The notes below the pieces were generated by a model, which searched no databases, was not told where the DNA came from, and saw only the letters and a list, made by a program, of their open reading frames with translations. This document shows positions 1 through 9,313 of a DNA stretch of 20,701 nt, piece by piece. Positions within the stretch are counted from its first letter, which is position 1, and each line of letters begins with the position of its first letter. This stretch comes from Octopus sinensis (Eukaryota). Position numbers and translations under genes: made by a program. The stretch is from NCBI RefSeq assembly GCF_006345805.1, contig NW_021823948.1, positions 1 to 20,701 on the forward strand, given 5' to 3'.

Positions 1-72
1 AAATTAAAAGGAAAAAATTAACTAAAAAAATCTTTAATAGTTTTTTTTAATTCAGCCATATCTTAATAATAA

Positions 73-107
73 GTCTGTCTGTCTGTCTGTCTGTCTGTCT
101 GTGTGTG
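73..107 (+). repeat. (GTCT)7(GT)3 microsatellite near the Helitron 5' end
   Basis: Read directly. Such 5' microsatellites are common in non-autonomous invertebrate Helitrons. Confidence 0.95.
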
Positions 108-132
108 CACACCAACTTCAAATTGGCAAACT

Positions 133-828
133 ATGTCCTCGACTTACATGATGAGGTCCTTAAAACCTTCCCCCAAAAAAAATTAACAAAAAAATTTTCT
201 GCATTTTGGTTAAAATGAACAACTACGATGTCCTCGACTTACATGATGAGGTCCTTAAAACCTTCCCCCAAAAAAAATTAAAAAAAAATTTTCTGCATTT
301 TGGTTAAAATGACAACTACGATGTCCTCGACTTACATGATGAGGTCCTTAAAACCTTCCCCCCAAAAAAAATTAAAAAAAAATTTTCTGCATTTTGGTTA
401 AAATGAACAACTACGATGTCCTCGACTTACATGATGAGGTCCTTAAAACTTCCCCCCAAAAAAAATTAAAAAAAAATTTTCTGCATTTTGGTTAAAATGA
501 ACAACTACGATGTCCTCGACTTACATGATGAGGTCCTTAAAACCTTCCCCCAAAAAAAATTAAAAAAAAATTTTCTGCATTTTGGTTAAAATGAACAACT
601 ACGATGTCCTCGACTTACATGATGAGGTCCTTAAAACCTTCCCCCAAAAAAAATTAAAAAAAAATTTTCTGCATTTTAGTTAAAATGAACAACTACGATG
701 TCCTCGACTTACATGATGAGGTCCTTAAAACCTTCCCGCCAAAAAATCAAAAAATTATTTTTTGCATTTGATTAAAATGAACAACGTTAATGTCCTCGAC
801 ATTCATGATGAGGTCCATTAAAACCTTC
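133..828 (+). repeat. Tandem array of ~94-bp units (7 full plus 1 partial, diverged)
   Basis: ATGTCCTCGAC recurs at 133, 228, 321, 416, 510, 604, 698 and 790. Differences are mostly homopolymer lengths; the last units are more diverged. Confidence 0.97.
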
Positions 829-1192
829 GAGGCAAAAATCTCACGTATTAAGAATATCCTTGATGAAAACGACAGCGAGAATATTAACAATGATGAACTC
901 CCAATTATTCGCGATAAAGAAATTCAATTCATCCTATGATTTTCTCTTTAAAATTAAATACATATATCATTATCGATCATGAATCAAAATTAAAGCTATT
1001 ATCATATTTGACTTTGACAGAATGTGCAATTACAGATTGCACGACCTTGAATAGAGTGTGCAATTAACAGATTTTGAAAAACACTTTGATAGTTGAAACC
1101 ACATTAGCACAATCATTAACACAATTTACCACCAATTGACAGCGCAATCAGAAGAATTTGCGTAAAAATATTAACTATTTAGTTAAGTTTTT

Positions 1193-1420
1193 GTAAAGAT
1201 AGAATTTATTTTCGTATGCCTCTTTTCCTAAACTTTTTTATTATTCAAAAATAATTTTTTCAATAGATAACCGAAGGAGGGAAGACGACCTTAAGAAAAG
1301 AAGTTTTTCGTAAAGATAGAATTTATTTTCTGTATGCCTCTTTTTTCCTAATATTTTTTATTATTCAAAAATAATTTTTTAAATAGATAACCGAAGGAGG
1401 AAAAACGAAGCTGAAGAAAA
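1193..1420 (+). repeat. Imperfect tandem duplication, period ~117 bp
   Basis: GTAAAGATAGAATTTATTTTC...AATAGATAACCGAAGGAGG occurs at 1193 and 1310. Confidence 0.9.
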
Positions 1421-1776
1421 AACGGTCAGCTTAAGGTAATTAATTAAATCTTTTTTGTTGTCGCTTTTTTGGCTGCTGCTACTCTGCCTGCCGCATCTCC
1501 GCCTGCCCCATTTCCGCCTGCCCCATTTCCGCCAGTGGTTTGTCTAATCAAGGTCACTAAGCTAAATCTCCGGACTATAAAGGCTCTTAAGCATTATCTT
1601 AATTGGCTGTTAAAAAAATTAGACAGGTTGTTGCCGTGGCGGCAGAGATTTTTTTTGTTTATACTATTTTACAAATTTTTAAAGTTTTTTTTTGTTTTTT
1701 TTATTTTTTTGTTTTTAAATTATTTATTTTTATTTGTTTTTTTTATTTTTTTGTTATTTTCTAAAAATTCAACCGG

Positions 1777-2295
1777 ATTGAATTTTTAAACTCCTTAGAT
1801 TTCTCTGGAATGCCGAATCATCTTTTAAAGTTAAAGATAGGCGTTTCAGTGGTTTTATTACGAAATCTTGCGCCACCTAAATTATGCAACGGAACGAGGT
1901 TAGTTATCAAAAATTTGATGGCTAACGTAATAGAGGCGACGATATTAACAGGTAAGTATAGAGGTGAGGATGTTTATATTCCACGAATTCCGATAATTTC
2001 TGATGAATTACCATTTAGATTTAAAAGACTGCAATTTCCTTTGAGGATGAGTTTTGCAATGACAATAAACAAGGCCCAGGGACAGTCATTAAAGGTATTT
2101 GGGTTATTTTTAGAGAGTGAGTGCTTTTCACATGGACAGCTGTATGTGGGATGCTCGAGGGTAGGCAGAAGAGAACATTTATTCATATATGCCAAGGAAG
2201 GACGGACGACAAACATCGTTTATCAACAGGCGATAGAACAGGGTTACATTAAACCAGGTAGTTTTATACATCTACATAAACTTATAGTTGTTTGA
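1777..2295 (+). pseudogene. C-terminal fragment of the Helitron RepHel Pif1-family helicase
   Basis: IEFLNSLDFSGMPNHLLKLKIG..LLRNL..PKLCNGTRL, KRLQFPLRMSFAMTINKAQGQS (motif V), FSHGQLYVGCSRV (motif VI). Homology starts in frame at 1777, upstream of ATG 1810. Confidence 0.93.
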
Positions 2296-2306
2296 TGAAA
2301 CAGGCC

Positions 2307-2353
2307 CTCCGCAGGAGCTAGGTCGCGGTGAGCGAAGCGAGCTGCCGAGCTAG
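2307..2353 (+). other. Helitron 3' termination hairpins and CTAG end
   Basis: CTCC-GCA-GGAG followed by CTAG (2307-2321), then GCGGT-GA-GC-GAA-GC-GA-GCTGC (2325-2345) followed by CTAG (2350-2353). Confidence 0.8.
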
Positions 2354-3841
2354 TTTCTAATAACGGTGTCGATTAGTTCCAACGATTTGTATCAAAATTT
2401 TCATTTTGATAAAAGAATGACTATTCTTTTCAACATTTTTAAAGCCTTTTCTGAATTCACATGAGATTCGTCATTATGAGTATCTTCATCGTCATATTTT
2501 TGTGGAAAAGAATCTCGGTAAATTCATGATTAATAAAATCATCTTATCCACCGGTCCAATATTTTCAAGATATTTACCATTTGATAATAATTATCAATTT
2601 CAACAGTTGGTCTTTCGAGTTGATTTTCACATTCGATCCATTTTGAATGTCTGAAACAATTTGTACTTGTTTTGGTCGTTACTTTTTTCCAGGCAAAATA
2701 TGTAAAAAGAAGACCGTCTTTTAAGGTTAATTTTGTATGAGCTTCCAGTGGATTTTTCCATTTTCAATTTTTTCTAACATAAACTCAAATTTAAGTTTAT
2801 TAAAATGTCCTTTGAAGGATCTAATGATTCCTTGATCCATTGGTTGTAGAATTGTTGTAGTCTACGAAGGTAGGTAAAGAACTTCAATTGACTCTAAATC
2901 AGCGTAAAGTTTATGGGATGGGCATCGATCCACAACTAAAAGAATTTTTCGTTTTTTTAGATGCCTATCCCATGTTAAAAGCCATTCGTTAAAAATTTTA
3001 CTTGTCATCCATGCTTTTGGTGAATGACAGTAATCGACAAAATTTTCGACTTTAAAATTTTTAAAGCAGCGAGGTTTCTAGAACTTTCCAATCATAAGTG
3101 GAATTTTTTGTCTGTCCCAGTCATATTTGAGCATAGCAACAAAGAAAATCTAAAAAAATAAATTAAAATTAAACCGTTCTTTAAGGATTTTATGTCCATA
3201 TCGAACCTTCTGACAAACACTTTTTGAAGGGATAGATTTGTAAAAAAATCCCAGTTTCATCAGCGTTATAAATGTTTTCAGCATTATATTGTTGAATCTT
3301 TGCAGAGATCAAAGAAGTAAATGCATCAATTTCTTGTTTCTGATCAACTGCAGTAGATCCTGATTCTCCATGTAAAGTCCTCAATTTTAAGTTGTTCCGT
3401 ATCTTGAACTTGCTTAGCCATCCATTACTGGCTTTAAACTCTTTAATTCCATAAATATTAGCAATGTTCTTTGCTTTCAACAAAATTGAATTATCGTCCA
3501 GAAACCCCCTTCTAAGCTCAATGTATTCCATCCAAGTTAATAGTTCGGTGTCAATAACAGAATAAGTTAAGTTAGATAATCTCTTCTAATTGGAGAAAAA
3601 TAATATTGGAGAAAATAGGATCAGTAAACATTATTTTATCTTTTCCAAGTCTAAAATCGTTTACAGCTCTTCGAGATATTTTTTTCTTTAAAAACAGAAG
3701 AAAAAATGTAAGCTATACGGTCCATCGTGAGACTTTTGTTCTCCTCCATGTACGCAATAATGCGACGTTTTTCATTAAAAGACAATCTTGTGCTCTTACG
3801 CATGTTGAATTTAGCATGGTTGAAATGTTTTATATAAAAAA

Positions 3842-6090
3842 TGTCGTAAGTTATAGCGTCCGGGCCAGTTCTAAGTGTCCGGAGTGATAAATCCGATTTA
3901 TCACTCCAAATCATTATGATTTTGGGAATAAATTTTATTTGTGTCGCCTAATTTTGGTTAAATAACGTCCTATACGGGGATACGGATGAAATTATTGGTA
4001 AAATGTACCCGCATGTTTTTCTGGTAGGCAAAAAAATTGAAATTTTATTTTTATTGAATTAGATAGGAAATGGGTCGAATTGGGGATAAAATGTCTATAT
4101 TTTTTTCCGGATTTTTATATTAAAAAGTTTAAATTTTTATTTAACAGTTTCACGTTTTTTAAACTGTTCATGGTGCGCTCGATACACATCAATAGCAAAG
4201 GAGAATATGATTCTATTTTACTATATCTATTGTCTAAAAAATATGAACCTGGAATGACAGAAACCAAAAAGCGAACAATTCGAAGAAAGTGTAAAACTCT
4301 TCATTTTGCAGACGATCAATTATTCTCTTATTCCAAATCAGGAACACATAAAATTGTTATATGTCCTTTTGAACATGAAAGGATTCAATCTATTCTTTGT
4401 GATGAACATAATGAAGGACATCCTGGGTTCAATAAAATGTGTTATCTAATTTCTCAAAAATATATTGGAATTAAACAATGTATAATTCGTGATTTTGTAT
4501 CAAAATGCATACCGTGCCAATCATTTAACTCTTTAAGTACTTGTGAAAATATCAGAATGATTTCTGTGGAAAAAAAATACGAAAGATTTATCGCCGACTG
4601 TATAGATCTAAGGCGGTATTCTGCAAATAATGACAATTTTAAATGGATACTTACTGTCATCGATGCATACACAAAGTTTGCATGGTCATTCGCGTTAGAG
4701 AATAAAACATCACAAAGCATCTATAATGCAATTGAGAGTTTATTCCAGACTGTCGGACCTCCAATTTATTTTCATTCGGACAATGGAAAGGAATTCCGCA
4801 ACAAAGAAGTTTCAAAACTTCTTGATGATTGGAAAATAACTCCGATATATGGAAGACCAAGGCACCCACAATCTCAAGGACAAATAGAAAGATATAACCA
4901 AACTCTCAAACGTTGGTTGGGGAAGACTTTGTTCGCAACAGAATCTATAAGGTGGAGAGAAATTCTACAGAAGGTGGTGTATAAATACAACATAACTTGT
5001 CATCGCGCAACTGGAAAGTCACCATTTTGGTTAGTCTCTTTTTATTTACCCAGTCTATTTTACGGAATAACGGGTTTTAATATTTTGCCATGTGGAGGCG
5101 CAGAAGAAGAGATTAATTCGGAATCGGAAGAAACGGAATTATCTTTAGAAGTAAAAACTCATAATGTAAAGTATAAAAGAAAAGTTACAGAAGACGCAAA
5201 TAAAAATTTTCGAAAAAAGATATCACAATTGGAGATAATGTTACAATTAAAATTGATTTCGATAAAAATATAAAAACAAGAAAATATCCACTCACTAGTT
5301 TTTTTAGCAAGGAACAATTTCTAGTAGTGGAAGAAGTTTCTCTGCATTCCGTTCTCGTTGAGAATTGCACATCTGGTGAAAGGAAGACAATTCCAAAGTC
5401 AATGATTAAAAAAATTAACTTTTAAAAAATTACATTTTCATTTTATATTCAATCAATTTGTAATGTTTCTTTAAAAATTGTTTCATAATATAAGTGAACT
5501 TTTGCTTTGTTTTATTCGACATAGGAGACGTTGCTTCTATACTGGAAGAAGGTCATCTCGTCTAAACCCTTTTCGTCACATAAATAAGGACGGAAGAGTT
5601 TGCACAGAATCATATGTAGCGGTTGAATACAGACTCTGTTGAAAACTGAATTTATATTATACGAGACTGTTTGGGACAATGTTTGTAAATTTTATTATCT
5701 ATTTTTATGTTTAGTTTCGGTTTTCGATTTAGTCAATATCTATATTTTATAGTCTTTTTAGCAATCAACAAATAGTTATAAAACTAAAGGATTTGAATTG
5801 AATTAATTGAGGTTAATTGTGAGAAAAAATTCGCATGGAGTAACTTACATTTTATGTTCGTTACTATGACGCTCAATCACCTGATTGATGAAAATTTCTT
5901 TGTTTAATTTCCGCATTCTTGTTAACTGAGTTACTTTTTTCAATTTTAATAATTTAAAAAATTATTGAATTAACAAAAGTAATCATTAAGAATTTCAGAT
6001 CTTAAACAAAGAATTTACATGATTTGGAGTGATAAATCCGATTATCACTCCGGACACTTAGAACGGGCCTAGACATTATAACTTACGACA
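3842..6090 (+). mobile_element. Ginger-like (Ginger2/TDD, KRBA2/SCAND3-type integrase) DNA transposon
   Basis: TGT...ACA termini. ~73-bp imperfect TIRs (3842-3914 and 6019-6090). Flanking A-runs are compatible with a 4-5 bp TSD. Encodes a retroviral-type integrase only, with no gag, RT or LTRs. Confidence 0.88.
4170..5425 (+). CDS. Integrase-type transposase: H2C2 zinc finger, rve DDE core and C-terminal extension; 24-nt intron at 5030-5053; one frameshift in the A-run near 5213-5218
   Basis: HNEGH...CIPC, ADCID, HSDNGKEF, RPRHPQSQGQIER. Intron removal gives TGKSPFCLFYG. The shifted frame continues DITIGDNVTIK...SMIKKINF-stop at 5425. First ATG is at 4170. Confidence 0.85.
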
Positions 6091-6317
6091 AAAAATAATT
6101 TAACCAAAAAAATATTTTTAAAAATTAATGGCGAGATTTAGAAAATGGCGAGCAATAGAATATTTATCAAAATTTACTAGAAATTTTTAATTTTTGGAAA
6201 ATATGTGGCGAGCAATAGAGGTGGCGAGCACCAGAGGTTTTACTGTAAATGGACTTTGATAAGTTGAGAACTGAAATTTTGTGGCATTAAAAATATCAAT
6301 TAAAAATCAATTAAAAT

Positions 6318-7371
6318 AGACCTCGTTATGAGCCATCTAAAATTGTTATAAACTAAATATTTTGTAATATAATTATTTTTATTTTATATATTTTATCGTT
6401 TATTTTAAAGAGTTTGTTCCTTGTCACGTTGTTATCTTTGTTGAAGTATTTTCCACTGTTCTATGTTTTCTAGATGCCTAAAATGAAAATTGATCACGAA
6501 AAAAAACTCGAAATAGCCCAATATATTAAACGGAACCAGCTTTCAGAGCGCAGAATTGCGGAAATTTTCAAATTGAGCAGGGCTACAATTTCACGTATAA
6601 AAAAAAAGATTTCCCTTTTCTTGATAATGGAACTATTTATTCTGATTTATCCGAGCAAACTAGTGATTCTGAAAAGCTTAAAAATCTCGATCTTAAAGTT
6701 TTTGAAATTTTTCACAAATTGCGACTTGAAAAAGTTCCCTTCTCTGGACCGACCATTAAGAAAATTGGGTCGATGGTCGCTTCAAAATTATCATTGAATA
6801 ATTTCAAATCGTCTAATGGTTGGCTTCAAAGATTCAAGAAACGACATAATTTACAATACAAAACATTGTGTGGTGAAAAGGGTTCCGCAGATACATCCAT
6901 GCTTCCTCATCCATGCTCCCTCAAAAAATTTTTGAGTGTAGATGGGAGGAAACAATAAATATCAATTCGAAGATTCATACGGACGTGACAGAAATGGTGA
7001 ACCAAGTCTTTGTCGAAGAATTGCTTGAAAGCGAAATAAATTTTTATAATGGGCCTGAATCAACAGACATCATAGATCCACTGACTCTTATTAATAATTT
7101 GGAAGAAAATATATGCATACTTTCTCCAGAATTATTAAATGATTTCTACGCCCTAAGGAAAAAAATAATGATTAATTTACGGGATAAAAATCGTTTTGGA
7201 GAAAAGATTACGCATTATTTTAAAAAAGTATAAGTTATGAACTGTTTCTATCTGTTTCTTGTGAACTATTTTTTACTTAAAGTACTGTTAATTAGGATTA
7301 TTAGCGAACCTCGGTTTATGATACAACCTCGGTTTATGAGCCACCAAGTGGCTCAAACCGAGGTCCGACTG
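6318..7371 (+). mobile_element. pogo/Tigger element (Tigger-B), internally deleted; left TIR not found
   Basis: Right end ...AAACCGAGGTCCGACTG|TA at 7371, with ACCTCGGTTTATGA repeats and a terminal hairpin. A degenerate copy, GACCTCGTTATGAGCCA, lies at about 6320. Confidence 0.8.
6474..7233 (+). pseudogene. Tigger transposase remnant: HTH and CENP-B HTH fused to the C-terminal tail, DDD domain deleted
   Basis: Three overlapping ORFs: MPKMKIDHEKKLEIA..LSERRIAEIFKLSRATISRI; FKSSNGWLQRFKKRHNL..LCGEKGSAD; tail EKITHYFKKV. Confidence 0.85.
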
Positions 7372-7843
7372 TATAATTTTTGAGATATGAAAAACCATTG
7401 AAAAGGATGTTTAATAATAATGCAATCTTTCGAAGGTGGAGTTTTAATCTACCAATTTAACACAACAATCCGAATAATTCAACGTGATAAATCAGTCAAT
7501 TTAACTTTCCCCAAATCTTTTGAAGATGGAATTAAATTCTAGTGAGCTGCAATTAAGAATCCCTGACCTAATTCAAAAGGTTTTATGAATATAAAATTAT
7601 CAATTAAAATAAATCTTAAAATAGTCGATCAATAGTTACTATTATATAAACATATTATTTCAACTTTAAAATTGGCCCAAATTACTATTTGCAGAAAGGT
7701 TACATTTCATCCTTTTCCTCACTTCTACTGTCTGTGACATGATTAATACTCAATTTCAATGTAATAAAATTGTTTCCTAAACATATATAAATACCAAAAT
7801 AAAAATTTTATTAAAATAAAATTCCCATGAAAATGGGAAAAAA

Positions 7844-8678
7844 TTATAATAATTCTGAATATAAAATAAGTAATCCAAATAGAAAAAACACCGCAGATCC
7901 AATATAATTGACTACAACAAATAAACCAGAACATACTAGTCTTAACAGAAAGATAATCTGCCAAAAACCTTCCTCCGCAGACTGCAATAAAAGAACATAG
8001 AGCGTGCGCACCAATTGCAGCAAAAATAACCCCACCAACAGACTAGACAAAAACATTTAAAAATAATCGGAACTTCCTGGGAAGCAGCTACAATTGTGGA
8101 AATCTGAGATCGGTCTCCCAGTTCGGCTAGAAGAGTCATTCCAAAAGCTTGCAAAAAAATAGAAGAAGCCCAAAGTCGTAAATAGAAATTAGTGTTTTTT
8201 GTTGTGAAGGAACGGCCCTCTAAATGATCGAAATGTACCTAAATAATATTTTTTCAATACATTTAATGATTCTTCGGCTTCAGTGAATTCCTGATTAATT
8301 TCGTTAGATTTAGAACTCGTAGATTTATCTATATATTAAAGAAACACTTTTACATGCATCAAAAAACAATTTTCCAGAAAAAATAAATAGAATTACACAT
8401 GTTAATTGTGCTACTAGTCTTTGTGGAAGTACAGTAAAAAATGATCCAAAAAATGCTAGAATAACTTTGATAATATTCTAACCAGATATTGCAGTTAAAA
8501 TTATTAAAGCTGTCATTGAGCCAATATAAACAACCAGACGAGAATTTTTCATTGCAAGAATTGCGGTTACGAAAAACGTTCTGTCTCCGATTTCGGAAAC
8601 GACAATAATAATGAATGTTGCTATAAAGCCACGGTACTCTCCATTTTTTACGTTTTCTTTGAATCCGTCGACTTCCAT
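7844..8678 (-). CDS. TMEM165: TMEM165/GDT1 (UPF0016) Ca2+/Mn2+ antiporter, 234 aa; exons 8678-8483, 8455-8354, 8328-8261, 8238-8074, 8042-7937, 7911-7844
   Basis: Both family motifs are present (SEIGDRTFF and AELGDRSQI). Five GT-AG introns of 27, 25, 22, 31 and 25 nt give an uninterrupted 705-nt frame. Confidence 0.95.
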
Positions 8679-8881
8679 TTATGTTTTAAATTGTGTTTCA
8701 CAACATCAAAGGAAGTAATTCCAAAATGTATTTAAAATAATTAAAAAATGAATATAAAGATATATTTACAAAATAAAATGACCATCCAAATAGTATTATT
8801 ATTTTCAAAAAAGTTTTGTTCATACTATTTAAGAGTATTACTATCCAAATAGTATTACTCTTTTGAAAAAATATATTCATT

Positions 8882-8900
8882 TAATCACGTGATTATAAAA
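8882..8900. promoter_or_regulatory. Perfect 14-bp palindrome with an E-box (TAATCACGTGATTA) overlapping TATAAAA
   Basis: Read directly. Lies between the TMEM165 start (minus) and the candidate micro-gene (plus). Function is inferred. Confidence 0.4.
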
Positions 8901-8918
8901 TCAATTGGGTTTTCGTTA

Positions 8919-9186
8919 ATGAGAATTACAGTGGCTTTGAGCAGAGTAGATGTTAGGAAGGAAACACCTTTAGTAATGGAAAGTATTCAGGAGTAATTAC
9001 TCATACCAATGGATTTGTCTATACTTTTCAGAGTAATCATCAAATGGATTAATTATGTTTCATTTTATTGATAGTAGTCAGGGAAATGCACCATAAGAGA
9101 TTTGTATTGTGCTCATATTTATTTAAAGGTCAAAGAGCATTGTCGAAAATGAAATATCTAACATGTTAGTTACATTGAGAGAATAA
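8919..9186 (+). CDS. Candidate 60-aa micro-protein of unknown function; exons 8919-8992, 9032-9056, 9078-9103, 9129-9186
   Basis: Three GT-AG introns (39, 21 and 25 nt) keep the frame: MRITVALSRVDVRKETPLVMESIQEVIIKWINYSGKCTIRDLSKSIVENEISNMLVTLRE. AATAAA overlaps the stop. No family recognised. Confidence 0.4.
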
Positions 9187-9313
9187 ATTGATTTTATTAA
9201 TCGATTATGATTAGTAAAAGTTTCGTTTTTAAAACCTAAAATATACCCACAAAACCAATTATACAACTCTAATATCCAATTAAATTTTTATTTAAAATAA
9301 ACATAAAATAATT

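Larger units (their letters stand above)
61..2353 (+). mobile_element. Non-autonomous, internally deleted Helitron
   Basis: Starts A|TC at 61 and ends CTAG|T at 2353, with a subterminal hairpin and no TSD. Excision restores the host Tigger reading frame. Has a 5' (GTCT)n microsatellite and a Pif1 helicase C-terminal remnant; no Rep domain seen. Confidence 0.92.
18..3803 (-). pseudogene. Tigger/pogo transposase (HTH, CENP-B HTH, DDD domain), frameshifted, with a 25-nt intron at 3150-3174, split by the Helitron
   Basis: ATG at 3803 (MRKSTRLSFNEKRRII). Motifs FKASNGWLSKFK, YNADETG, LVVDRCPSH, LQPMDQG. Joining 2354 to 60 restores IRNMAELKKTIKDFFS-stop, a typical pogo C-terminal PIP-like tail. 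Confidence 0.88.
1..6245 (-). mobile_element. pogo/Tigger DNA transposon (Tigger-A), interrupted by a Helitron (61-2353) and a Ginger-like element (3842-6090); its other end lies left of the window
   Basis: Terminus ...AGAGGTTTTACTG|TA at 6245 (CAGTAAAACC on minus), with TGGCGAG subterminal repeats at about 6129-6228. Transposase remnants lie on the minus strand at 3803-2354 and 60-18. Confidence 0.85.

Noticed and set aside
133-828. CRISPR-like regular array
   Set aside because: Whole units are near-identical with no unique spacers, no cas genes are present, and the context is eukaryotic.
1650-1789. Hydrophobic Phe-rich end of ORF 1469-1789 as a transmembrane protein
   Set aside because: Artefact of T-rich low-complexity sequence.
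3804-3914. N-terminal extension of the Tigger ORF 3651-3914
   Set aside because: It reads through the Ginger TIR; the real start is ATG 3803.
4080-5273. LTR retrotransposon or Polinton integrase
   Set aside because: The element is bounded by TIRs at 2.25 kb and has no RT, gag, polB or capsid genes.
7372-7740. Possible host exons (a 46-codon open stretch on plus; ATG 7740 with tiny-intron-like motifs on minus)
   Set aside because: No consistent spliced model and no recognisable homology.
8679-8823. Signal-peptide-like upstream exon MNKTFLKIIILFGWSFYFVN with a U12-like AT-AC intron (ATATCTTT at 8763, TTCCTTTGAT branch-like motif) extending TMEM165
   Set aside because: An in-frame TAA directly precedes ATG 8678, so the join works only if one base is missing near 8679. 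It is unsupported without reads or cDNA.
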